DNA of 64,000 nucleotides, taken from assembly GCA_903884815.1 (NCBI GenBank), contig CAISGE010000022.1, forward strand, positions 19,031 through 83,030, written 5' to 3'. The position numbers and the translations under genes are program-made. This document shows positions 18,629 to 26,535 of the stretch, piece by piece. The notes beneath the pieces are model-generated. The model did no database searches, was not told where the DNA came from, and saw nothing but the letters and a program-made list of their open reading frames with translations. Position 1 is the first letter of the stretch. Each line of letters starts with the position of its first letter. This DNA comes from Candidatus Omnitrophota bacterium. Lineage in GTDB: Bacteria; Omnitrophota; Omnitrophia; Omnitrophales; Aquincolibacteriaceae.

Positions 18629-18876
18629 AAAGTTTCTTCGTTCTTTCTTACAAGTATCTTCGCCGCGTCCTGCTTGCGTATCGAAAGACTGTAGCCGCGC
18701 AAGATGATCTCCATCGGATCCCCCAGCGGCGCGAGGCGTTTTACCAGGACGCTTGTCCCTTTCACAAGACCGAGCTCTTTGAGGCGGTAGTGAAGATCCT
18801 CTTCGCCCTCGTAGCCCAGGACCACACCAGACTCCCCGGCCTTGAGCTGATCCAAGGTTCGCTTTATTTCCGGCAT
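18625..18876 (-). CDS. feoA: Ferrous iron transport protein A
   Basis: 83 aa SH3-like FeoA (MPEIKRTLDQLKAGESGVVLGYEGE...). Immediately upstream of feoB. Confidence 0.8.
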   Translation of the reverse strand: MPEIKRTLDQLKAGESGVVLGYEGEEDLHYRLKELGLVKGTSVLVKRLAPLGDPMEIILRGYSLSIRKQDAAKILVRKNEETL

Positions 18877-19292
18877 TTTTTGCAAAGCCCCACGAGTTGA
18901 TGGCAATGGTATTCCAGTTTAAAACCGTTTTTCTCAGCAACCTGCTGCTGGGCCCGCTCGATCGTAACGTCCTTGAATTCCGCCACGCGATTGCACGCGC
19001 GGCAGATCAGATGGTCATGGTGGGCTTTGGAGCGCGCGCATTCATAGTACGTGTCACGACTCGTACGGAAACTCTGCGCCACCACACCCGCCTCCAAAAG
19101 GATCGGGAGATTGCGGTAAACCGTATCCCGCGAAACCTTTAGCCCTTGCTTCTTAAGACAGGTGACGAGGCTATCCACATTAAAATGGCCCGGCTGGCGT
19201 TTGATCCCCGCGATCAGCTTCAGGCGTTCGCCGGTCAGACGGCACCCCTTGCCGCGGATAAATCCCTCGAATTCTTTCTGATGCTTGACCAT
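18864..19292 (-). CDS. fur: Fur family transcriptional regulator
   Basis: 142 aa. HHDHLIC...C...HCHQLVGLCKKC metal-binding motifs and a winged-helix N-terminus. Heads the feoAB operon. Confidence 0.8.
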   Translation of the reverse strand: MVKHQKEFEGFIRGKGCRLTGERLKLIAGIKRQPGHFNVDSLVTCLKKQGLKVSRDTVYRNLPILLEAGVVAQSFRTSRDTYYECARSKAHHDHLICRACNRVAEFKDVTIERAQQQVAEKNGFKLEYHCHQLVGLCKKCRK

Positions 19293-19453
19293 AAGGAAGG
19301 ATTCCCTGAGGAGCGTTATTAAGACTTAGTCTGAACAAGAGGAGTGTAAAGGAGAATGGAGGCGCTGTCAATCGCGAAGGACCGAGCAGGAGACGGGGAA
19401 CAGCTAAGGGGTTCGTGTCCCACTCGACATTCCCCGCGCCCCTTTATTACCTT

Positions 19454-19957
19454 TTAAATCGCGCAGCCTTTTAGCGATACGTGCCCGTCAACCTCCGTGG
19501 GCTCTATGGCTTTGAAGATACCGTAGCAAGTCCACGTGGTGGGACTGGAGTCTGCATAAAAGATATACGTCAGTTGATTTTCCAAGGACTGGTCAACCGC
19601 ATCGACTTGAAAATTGTAAGTGGGATCACTCGTGTAGTAAGAATAGCCCCAATTTTTGGATTTATCTATGCCGGTTAGCCCAAGATCATTCCAACTGGCC
19701 TCGTTTTCGACCCAGGTCGGCTCAAAGGGATTTGAAACAACGGAGGTCACGTTGCCCGGAAGACTCGAGGTTCCATGCATGTCAAAGTTTCTTTCCCCGG
19801 CGCGTTTGATGGCCCCAACCACCTGAAACGCTTCAGCCGCTTGGGCCTTTTTCGTTTGCATGAGCATGCGCGGCACGATCAGTGATGCCAGAATCGCAAT
19901 GATCACAACAACGATCAAGACTTCAACCAGCGTGAAACCTTTTTTCGTGTTTTTCAT
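19454..19957 (-). CDS. Prepilin-type N-terminal cleavage/methylation domain protein (type IV pilin/pseudopilin-like)
   Basis: MKNTKKGFTLVEVLIVVVIIAILASL: class III signal peptide with G^FTLVE. Confidence 0.8.
   Translation of the reverse strand: MKNTKKGFTLVEVLIVVVIIAILASLIVPRMLMQTKKAQAAEAFQVVGAIKRAGERNFDMHGTSSLPGNVTSVVSNPFEPTWVENEASWNDLGLTGIDKSKNWGYSYYTSDPTYNFQVDAVDQSLENQLTYIFYADSSPTTWTCYGIFKAIEPTEVDGHVSLKGCAI
19835..19957. repeat. Direct DNA repeat (~85% identity) shared by the 5' ends of the two tandem prepilin genes (second copy ~20340-20465)
   Basis: gcatgagcatgcgcggcacgat...atgatcacaacaacgatcaa...accttttt...ttttcat occurs at both gene starts. Confidence 0.6.
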
Positions 19958-20000
19958 ATTCGTTCCCCGTTTGGCGTTACCCGTTCCCCTTTTTTACTTT

Positions 20001-20465
20001 TTAAATAGTGCAGCCTTTCGAGGGATCGGCAGAATCCTGATATTTGAATGGAGTGTTGCAAGTCCAGGTCTCGCTGCTGGAGCTATAAGCCATAGCGTAG
20101 CTATCCGTTTCAGACTTGACAATAATATTAGCGGAGGCACCGTCACTTTGGTATTCGTAGCCCCAATCTTTTGATTTTTCAATACCCGTGAGCCCAAGAT
20201 CACTCCAATCCCCCGCATTCGTCCCGCCCGCGAATGGTGACGATTCGATTGACACATAAGCGCCCGTGGGACTCCAAGTGCTACGAAAATCATATAATCT
20301 TTCCGCCGCCCGCCTTATGGCCCCTATCATTTGGAGAGCTTCAGCAGCTTTGGCCTTGTCAGTCTGCATGAGCATGCGCGGCACGATGAGCGACGCAAGA
20401 ATGGCGATGATCACAACAACGATCAACACTTCCACCAGCGTAAAACCTTTTTTTGTGCTTTTCAT
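20001..20465 (-). CDS. Prepilin-type N-terminal cleavage/methylation domain protein, tandem paralog
   Basis: MKSTKKGFTLVEVLIVVVIIAILASLIVPRMLMQT. First ~60 aa nearly identical to the downstream paralog, C-terminus divergent. Confidence 0.8.
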   Translation of the reverse strand: MKSTKKGFTLVEVLIVVVIIAILASLIVPRMLMQTDKAKAAEALQMIGAIRRAAERLYDFRSTWSPTGAYVSIESSPFAGGTNAGDWSDLGLTGIEKSKDWGYEYQSDGASANIIVKSETDSYAMAYSSSSETWTCNTPFKYQDSADPSKGCTI

Positions 20466-20645
20466 GACCCCTCCTTATTTAAAATGGCATTTTTCAACTA
20501 ACTATTGCTTCGTCATTCTCTTACAAAAGCTATAGCACATGATCCGGAAATCGGGAGCGGGCGGAGAGCGTACCTCTATCAGGAATGGTTCTCCCTCAGG
20601 AGAACCTTCCTTCTGGAAGGGGGTCGAAAACTTCCGTTCGTTTAC

Positions 20646-21377
20646 TTAGAAACTCTGAGTCAGCTTTTCGGTAATGCGGGAGCGGACGGACTCGCTTAAT
20701 CCGGGAAAGTCGCTGTGCTCCATGCAGGCTGTTTCGATGGGCTCGAGAACGGTGAGTGTGCAATGGATCGTGGACTTCATCACCCAGTCACCTTTGGGGA
20801 TGGCGTTCCGGGTTCCACTAACAGCAATAGGGAGAACCGGGACTTTCTCTGAGATCGCGAGCTTGAAAGCCCCGTTCTGAAAAGGATTCATCCCCTCCGT
20901 TTCGCTGCGCGTTCCTTCCGGAAAAAATAGGACGGACATCCCTGATCGGATATAACGGATCGCTTCCCGGTAAACATCCCGGATGCTCCCCCGGTCCTTG
21001 CGCTTGAGGCTGATATGCTTGCAAAGGCCCAAGCACCAGCCGAGAAAGGGGATGCTGAAGAGACTTTCTTTCGCGACCCATTTGAATTGGGCCCATATCT
21101 GATAAAGCACCACGATATCCGCCAGGCTCTGGTGATTGGCCACGATCACATAGGTGCGCTTCGGATCAATATGTTCAAGCCCCGTCACATGCACTTTCCA
21201 AAAGGGGTTCAGACCTATCACGGCGCTCGACCACCAGAAGCATTGCCGGTGCAGGATCTTCCGCTGCGGATCGAACGGGAAGGTGAAAACGAGCAGCACC
21301 AGCATGACAAGATAAAGCACGGCCAACAGAATGACGCAGGCCACCCAGAAGAATAAAGACAGAAAAGCGTTCATCAC
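20646..21377 (-). CDS. plsC: 1-acyl-sn-glycerol-3-phosphate acyltransferase (PlsC family)
   Basis: 243 aa with an N-terminal TM. NHQSLADI (HX4D) and FPEGTRS motifs. Confidence 0.8.
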   Translation of the reverse strand: MMNAFLSLFFWVACVILLAVLYLVMLVLLVFTFPFDPQRKILHRQCFWWSSAVIGLNPFWKVHVTGLEHIDPKRTYVIVANHQSLADIVVLYQIWAQFKWVAKESLFSIPFLGWCLGLCKHISLKRKDRGSIRDVYREAIRYIRSGMSVLFFPEGTRSETEGMNPFQNGAFKLAISEKVPVLPIAVSGTRNAIPKGDWVMKSTIHCTLTVLEPIETACMEHSDFPGLSESVRSRITEKLTQSF

Positions 21378-21462
21378 GGGATTCCTTTCATAATGTGAGA
21401 GAGAATATTAACAGCCGCGGGCAGATTTGAGAAGGAGATAAAGCCGCAAATCAATAACGGCT

Positions 21463-21493
21463 AACCATTTCAACCTCGCAGGTTGAAATGGTT
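21463..21493. repeat. Palindromic element, family 2, copy 2
   Basis: aaccatttcaacctcgcaggttgaaatggtt, a perfect 13-bp stem with a 4-nt loop. In the intergenic gap between plsC and a small membrane-protein gene. Confidence 0.6.
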
Positions 21494-21514
21494 GATAGGG
21501 TAAAAAAAGACTTC

Positions 21515-21781
21515 CTAAAATCGCTGAGAAACGATCACGAAAATCGAGAGACTGAGTACCGCCAGGACCAGGCCGAGCAACCGTGTATTCCGCACCTCGC
21601 GCGCTTCATCGATCGGGGAAACGTTCCAGTTGTAAAACTTCATGATCGCCTGGTAAAGACCCATGGAACGCTTCGGATCGGATGCGGAGAACACCCCCAA
21701 GGCAAGCCCGAAAAATCCAAGTATTGAAAGAATGACTTTCGGGGAAATAGAGCAACAGCTACTAAGCGGACATTGCATCAC
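21515..21781 (-). CDS. Hypothetical small membrane protein
   Basis: 88 aa, two predicted TM helices, no family recognised. Confidence 0.4.
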   Translation of the reverse strand: MMQCPLSSCCSISPKVILSILGFFGLALGVFSASDPKRSMGLYQAIMKFYNWNVSPIDEAREVRNTRLLGLVLAVLSLSIFVIVSQRF

Positions 21782-21847
21782 GCACCTCCATTTTTAAAAG
21801 GATGTAGGGCTTAGAAATTTTCAAGACCCTTCAGATTCTTCCCAACC

Positions 21848-23896
21848 CTATTTGTCTTCCCAAGCGCTGCGATAACCCTCGATGGATTCGATATAGCGAA
21901 GAAGATCCTCAAAAAAAGCATGATTCGAAAGTGTGGCGCTATCCCCGATCAGGATAAGCTTGCGCTTGGCGCGGGTCATGGCGACATTCATCCGGCGCGT
22001 GTCGGTTAAGAATCCGAGCTGCCCCTCCCGGTTCGAGCGAACAAGCGAAACGATCACAACCTCCTTCTCCCGGCCCTGGAACGCGTCCACGCTGTCGATC
22101 TCAAGTGAGGCCAGCGCGCCGGGATCTCCCTGGTCGCCCAGAAGCATGCCGGTCAAGAGCTTCACCTGCGCACTGTAAGGACTGATGATCGCGATCTCTC
22201 GGGGATCGACGCCGGCCGCAAGAAGGATTTTCAGTTCACGCACCACGAGCCTCGCCTCCTGGGGATTGCTACGGCTCCCGGTTCCCTCCTCGGCCTCTTC
22301 TTCATAACCCATTCCGGCCGTGTCGAGAAAAATAGCCGGAGCCTCATCCAGTCCCGCAGCTTTCACGGCAGGAAGGTCTTTCAGAGCGTGGGCCTCGACG
22401 GACGGATCGGCCACAAGCGCGCCGTCATAAAATTTCCGGGATGAGAAATCCATAATGTGTCCATGCATCCGGTACTGCCGCTCGAGGCGCACCTTGGATT
22501 TCAGGCCCAGGATCCCGTGAAGCCTCTCAAAAAGAGTGAATCCCAGACCCCGCTCGCCCGGACGCGGGGAACGGAAAACCGTCGGCGGAAGCTGGCAATG
22601 ATCCCCGGCGAGAATGACCTTCCCGCCGTGTAGCACCGGGATCCAGGTCGCGGGCTCGATCCCCTGCGTCGCCTCATCCAGGATCACCCAGTCAAACGCC
22701 TTCGCGCGGATCAAGGGATCCCCGCACACCGTGTGCGTGGCCACGACCACGTCCGATGCGTTCCACACCTGTTTGAAGATCTGGGTCTTGAGATCGCGGA
22801 TGTCGTCACGGAGCCGGTTCACTTCGTCGCGCATTTCGTTCCGCTCTTCCCAGGACATGACACGCCGGTCCTGCCGCCGTTCTTTCTGCTTTGCGAACTG
22901 TTCGAGTTGCGCTTCATGCGCGTCGATCATTTTCGCGTAGGGATGCGCGGCCAACTTATAGCTCAGAGTGTGCTCCCGTACCCGTTCGGTAACACGCGCG
23001 GGATGACCCAGTCGCGTTACGGGGATCTTTTTGCCCACAAGACATTCCACCAAATGGTCGCAGGCGGCGTTACTGGGCGCGGAGACAAGCACGGTCTCGC
23101 CTTTCTTGAACGCCTGACAGATGATCTCCGTCAGCACCCGCGTCTTCCCCGTTCCCGGAGGCCCATGGATCAGCAGAAGATCTTCGGCTTCAAGGGCCAT
23201 GGCCACAGCCCGCTTTTGATCTTCATTGAGATCAGGATCCATACTCCGGAGCACCTCCGCCGAGACAGGATCCCCCAGCCGGGGCTTCTTAAGACCCAGC
23301 GTGATATCCCGCAGATATGCGATCCGGGAGTGCTCGGCCACGCGGACCATGTGAAGTGCCTCGTACATACGCTGATAAGTCGTACGATTCTCGGAAAGAC
23401 CCAACTGATAATTTTTCTCGCTCTCCACCCATCCCGGGATCCTCCCGTTGAAAGCCACCGTGATTCGAAAGCGGTCCTTTTCATAGACGGTGCCGGAGGG
23501 ACATTCCGCGAGAGCGGTTTGAAAGCCGGAGAGGGAAACGACATCGCCGGGGTTCAGCGAATAGCGCGGCAAGGGCCGGCCGTTCTGAAGGGCAAAGGTG
23601 AGGAGCTTCTGCCCGGAAGGATTATAGTGGGTTTCCAGAAGATCCAGCCGGAAAATGGCCTTCCCTCTTTTTTCCCGCTCCTCGGGCTTACGGTCCAGGA
23701 ACTCGGATTTAAAGCGATCATTCTCCTCACGCTCCTCACTGCGGAGCAGGCGCGTCAGCTGGAGGAAATGTTTCTCAATGATGGCTTCATCCCCAACCCA
23801 GATCTTGCGCGGCTCACTTTTGGCCGGTCGCGGCGGCAGGGGCGCGTGAACTTTCTTCGGACGCTTACGGGGTTTGTCGCGAAAGGTATCGGACAT
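21848..23896 (-). CDS. SF1 helicase of the Upf1/IGHMBP2 (SMUBP-2) family
   Basis: 682 aa. Walker A HGPPGTGKT, DEATQ, and QYRMH...FQGREKEVVI...RMNVAMTRAK motifs. The N-terminal ~230 aa align to the IGHMBP2 1B/1C region (GDVVSLSGF...TVAFNG). Confidence 0.8.
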   Translation of the reverse strand: MSDTFRDKPRKRPKKVHAPLPPRPAKSEPRKIWVGDEAIIEKHFLQLTRLLRSEEREENDRFKSEFLDRKPEEREKRGKAIFRLDLLETHYNPSGQKLLTFALQNGRPLPRYSLNPGDVVSLSGFQTALAECPSGTVYEKDRFRITVAFNGRIPGWVESEKNYQLGLSENRTTYQRMYEALHMVRVAEHSRIAYLRDITLGLKKPRLGDPVSAEVLRSMDPDLNEDQKRAVAMALEAEDLLLIHGPPGTGKTRVLTEIICQAFKKGETVLVSAPSNAACDHLVECLVGKKIPVTRLGHPARVTERVREHTLSYKLAAHPYAKMIDAHEAQLEQFAKQKERRQDRRVMSWEERNEMRDEVNRLRDDIRDLKTQIFKQVWNASDVVVATHTVCGDPLIRAKAFDWVILDEATQGIEPATWIPVLHGGKVILAGDHCQLPPTVFRSPRPGERGLGFTLFERLHGILGLKSKVRLERQYRMHGHIMDFSSRKFYDGALVADPSVEAHALKDLPAVKAAGLDEAPAIFLDTAGMGYEEEAEEGTGSRSNPQEARLVVRELKILLAAGVDPREIAIISPYSAQVKLLTGMLLGDQGDPGALASLEIDSVDAFQGREKEVVIVSLVRSNREGQLGFLTDTRRMNVAMTRAKRKLILIGDSATLSNHAFFEDLLRYIESIEGYRSAWEDK

Positions 23897-23911
23897 GGGA
23901 GCTCTGAGATT

Positions 23912-24328
23912 CTATTCCCCGAGGATCTTGACGATCACGCGCTTGCGGCGGCGTCCGTCAAACTCGGCGTAAAAGATGCGTTCCCAGGTTCCAAAGTCCA
24001 GCCGGCCTTTGGTGATGGCCACCACGACCTCGCGACCGAAAAGCTGGCGCTTCACATGGGCATCGCCGTTGTCTTCCCCGGTCCGGTGATGGCGGTATCC
24101 TTTCAGATCGTAGGGCGCGATCTTCTCCAGAAAATCATCAAAATCCTGGATAAGCCCGTCCTCATCATCATTGATATAGATGCTCGCGGTAATATGCATG
24201 GGGTTGACCAGACACAGGCCTTCCTGGACGCCGCTTTTAAAAACGGCAACTTCGACCTGAGGAGTGATGTTGATGTAATCGCGTTTTTTCTTGGTTTCAA
24301 ATGAGAGGTATTCGGTGTAGGTCTTCAA
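23912..24328 (-). CDS. yjbQ: YjbQ/UPF0047 family protein (secondary thiamine-phosphate synthase-like)
   Basis: 138 aa. ITPQVEVAV...[23 protein letters not shown] is the conserved YjbQ pattern. Confidence 0.75.
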   Translation of the reverse strand: MKTYTEYLSFETKKKRDYINITPQVEVAVFKSGVQEGLCLVNPMHITASIYINDDEDGLIQDFDDFLEKIAPYDLKGYRHHRTGEDNGDAHVKRQLFGREVVVAITKGRLDFGTWERIFYAEFDGRRRKRVIVKILGE

Positions 24329-24435
24329 GAGCCACCCCCAAGGTTATGCGGACTCCCGTAATCTAGCACCGTTTTTGCTTTATTCATATGGGTTAACAGT
24401 ACGGCATGATTGCTTAAGAGGAACAGGGCCGTCCC

Positions 24436-24481
24436 AAAATAAAAAAGGGTTAGTCCCCTTTTATGAAGAGAGGACTAACCC
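24436..24481 (-). terminator. Rho-independent terminator downstream of the TIGR04073-like gene
   Basis: On the minus strand, GGGTTAGTCC...GGACTAACCC (10-bp stem) is followed by a TTTTTTATTTT run. Confidence 0.6.
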
Positions 24482-24509
24482 CTGGGCAAAGATCAAAACC
24501 TTGGAAATC

Positions 24510-24956
24510 TCAGCTTATAGTAGTTTCAGCGACCGGAGTAACGATGGTTTCAGGGTACATGATCGGGGCATACTTTGTTTTTCCGGGGAATGGGAAAGTA
24601 GCCAGATCATAAAGTCCCGCTCCAAAACGAAGAAGGGTGTAGCCGATCCCACGCCCGATCATCATGACAGTCCCGGTAAGATAATCAGGGCTCTGCTCCA
24701 TCGCCGTGGGAGTCTGATTGATAAACTCTCCCGGACTGGTCGCGATATTCGTCACGCCGCGGCTGAACTTTTCAAGAGCCTTATTGGAATTCATTTCCTT
24801 CACGAGTTCACTCCCCGCGGCGACCGTTGAAAGGGTCAGCATCAAGCAAAGGCCCATAGCGATTTTCTTCATGATCGGGTTCTCCTTCATTTTATGAAAA
24901 CGTTTATTCCCGCCTAAGGATATCGGCATTCCGGAATTATTTTTAACTCTTTTCAC
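24510..24956 (-). CDS. Secreted protein resembling the exosortase-system-associated TIGR04073 family
   Basis: SRGVTNIATSPGEF...IGRGIGYTLLRFGAGLYDLATFPFP matches the RG-x-N...G-RT-xGxxExxTFP pattern as I recall it. Signal-peptide h-region at MKKIAMGLCLMLTLS, so the true start may be 24872 or 24890. Overlaps the AMMECR1 stop by 4 nt at 24956. Confidence 0.5.
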   Translation of the reverse strand: MKRVKNNSGMPISLGGNKRFHKMKENPIMKKIAMGLCLMLTLSTVAAGSELVKEMNSNKALEKFSRGVTNIATSPGEFINQTPTAMEQSPDYLTGTVMMIGRGIGYTLLRFGAGLYDLATFPFPGKTKYAPIMYPETIVTPVAETTIS

Positions 24957-25507
24957 AACCTTTCACTCTCGTCCTCCTCAAAGCCCTCGGTCTGGAACAC
25001 CTCGATCTCCGCATCCCCCAGTTCACGCTCCGTGAGGCCCGCTTTCTCAAACGCGCAGCTTTCAAAAAAATTCCGCGTATCCCAGCCGGTCTCGGTCGCG
25101 ACCTCTGGGAGATAAACGCCTTTTTTCCAGCCGTGCGTCACGATGATTCCGTCGATCCCGGTGCGAATATCCTTGTAACTTTTAATGGGCGCAGGCTCCG
25201 TCAGCAAAGAAATGTGGATCCTCACCGCCGGAAGCTCTCGAAGAGCAAGCGGCGGAAACCGGGGATCCTTAAACGCCGCGGCAAGTGTCATATCGCGGAG
25301 GGTCTTGCGAAGAGGCTCAAACCCAAGGATTTGCCCGATACAACCACGCAGACGGCCTTCGGATTTAAGGGTCACGAAGATCCCGCGCTTTTTATCCAAA
25401 AACCCGGAGCCCAGATCAAGCTTCGGTTCGGGGCCGTGCGTCAGATGAGCCTTCAAGAGTTCGCGGGAATAGCTGAGGATCTTCTTCTGCTCGGATAAAT
25501 TTAACAT
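24953..25507 (-). CDS. AMMECR1 domain protein
   Basis: 184 aa. GIFVTLKSEGRLRGCIG...LPEVATETGW is the AMMECR1 signature. Confidence 0.8.
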   Translation of the reverse strand: MLNLSEQKKILSYSRELLKAHLTHGPEPKLDLGSGFLDKKRGIFVTLKSEGRLRGCIGQILGFEPLRKTLRDMTLAAAFKDPRFPPLALRELPAVRIHISLLTEPAPIKSYKDIRTGIDGIIVTHGWKKGVYLPEVATETGWDTRNFFESCAFEKAGLTERELGDAEIEVFQTEGFEEDESERL

Positions 25508-25585
25508 GGGGGCATGCTAAAATTCGGAGTTATGAGTTCGGTGTTCGAAGCCGTCATAATCCCGGGCCCTCTCCGAACTCCCGCC

Positions 25586-26425
25586 TCATGACTCACGACT
25601 ATCTTTAAAGGCCATTGCCGCATATCCGACCACGGAACCTTTATCGCCCGTCACATCTCCCGAATTCGCATAGCGGATAAGGCGGGGGCCGGCCCATCCC
25701 ATTTTCCGCGCCAGCAGGATCATGGCAAGCACGGGACCCATACCGCAAGCCTCGACCTTTTCTTCAGCATACGCTTCGTAGATCGCCTCAGAATTTGCCT
25801 CCTCGAACAGGGCAATCACAGCGTTGTCTTTTTTTACGGCAACATCATAAGGATGGAAATGCGAAAGGTCGCTGGTCGCCACGACCAGGATATTGCGTGT
25901 CACCATAGTTTTCGCCAAGGCTTCGGCGAGCGCGGTGATATTCTGAATATCCTGAACCCCGATGTAGACGGGGACGATCTTAAGCCCCGGAAGCGCCTCT
26001 TGGAGGAACGGAAGCTGAACCTCGAGAGAATGTTCTTCGATGCGGCCCGCGGCAGCATTCCGTAAAAGGGGATGGCATTTCTGGATCTCGCGAACAAGCA
26101 CGCGATCCACGGGAATGCGGCCGAGAGGCGTCTCATAAGCCTCCACGTCATCCACGAGCACACCCTGCAGAAACATCCGGTGAAGAAAGGCGATTAAAAC
26201 CACGCTCTCGAACTTGCGGCCTTCGATCATTTTATACGCGTCGGCCGCGATCGAACCGGAATAATCATAACCCGCGTGGGGAACAATGAGGGCGCGTACC
26301 TGCGGGTCAGGAATGGAACGGGACCCGGAGAGAAGCGCTTGGACTTGAGCCCGAAGGACTTGCGGCTCTTCAGGATAAAATTGACCGCTTACCACCGCCG
26401 TGCGGACTTTCATTCGAGTCTCCAT
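25586..26425 (-). CDS. MEMO1-family protein (AmmeMemoRadiSam system protein B-like)
   Basis: 279 aa. AVVSGQFYPEEP...IVPHAGYDYSGSIAA matches the Memo family. Confidence 0.8.
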   Translation of the reverse strand: METRMKVRTAVVSGQFYPEEPQVLRAQVQALLSGSRSIPDPQVRALIVPHAGYDYSGSIAADAYKMIEGRKFESVVLIAFLHRMFLQGVLVDDVEAYETPLGRIPVDRVLVREIQKCHPLLRNAAAGRIEEHSLEVQLPFLQEALPGLKIVPVYIGVQDIQNITALAEALAKTMVTRNILVVATSDLSHFHPYDVAVKKDNAVIALFEEANSEAIYEAYAEEKVEACGMGPVLAMILLARKMGWAGPRLIRYANSGDVTGDKGSVVGYAAMAFKDSRES

Positions 26426-26535
26426 GCAACCACCCCCGTTTTGAGCGATGGGCTGCTGCTACCCCGGATAGAGAGAGGAGAACTTATTGAAATTCCGATC
26501 AAAATCCACGATCCAGCCTCAATTGCGGGGAAAGA

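Noticed and set aside
16409-18940. ORF-track N-terminal extensions of feoB (104 aa), metK (36530-37954; 79 aa), lptB, ptsN and arsC
   Set aside because: In each case the conserved protein begins at an internal Met that abuts or overlaps the upstream gene's stop codon. That Met has a plausible SD in the cases checked (AAGGAG 8 nt before the metK ATG; RBS-like AGGAAA before the HPr TTG). The extensions are Arg/Gly-rich or repeat-derived and have no homology.
19322-19332. Palindrome AGACTtAGTCT upstream of fur as a Fur box
   Set aside because: It is short and lacks the GATAAT-type hexamer repeats of the Fur consensus. Without a genome-specific motif this is not supportable.
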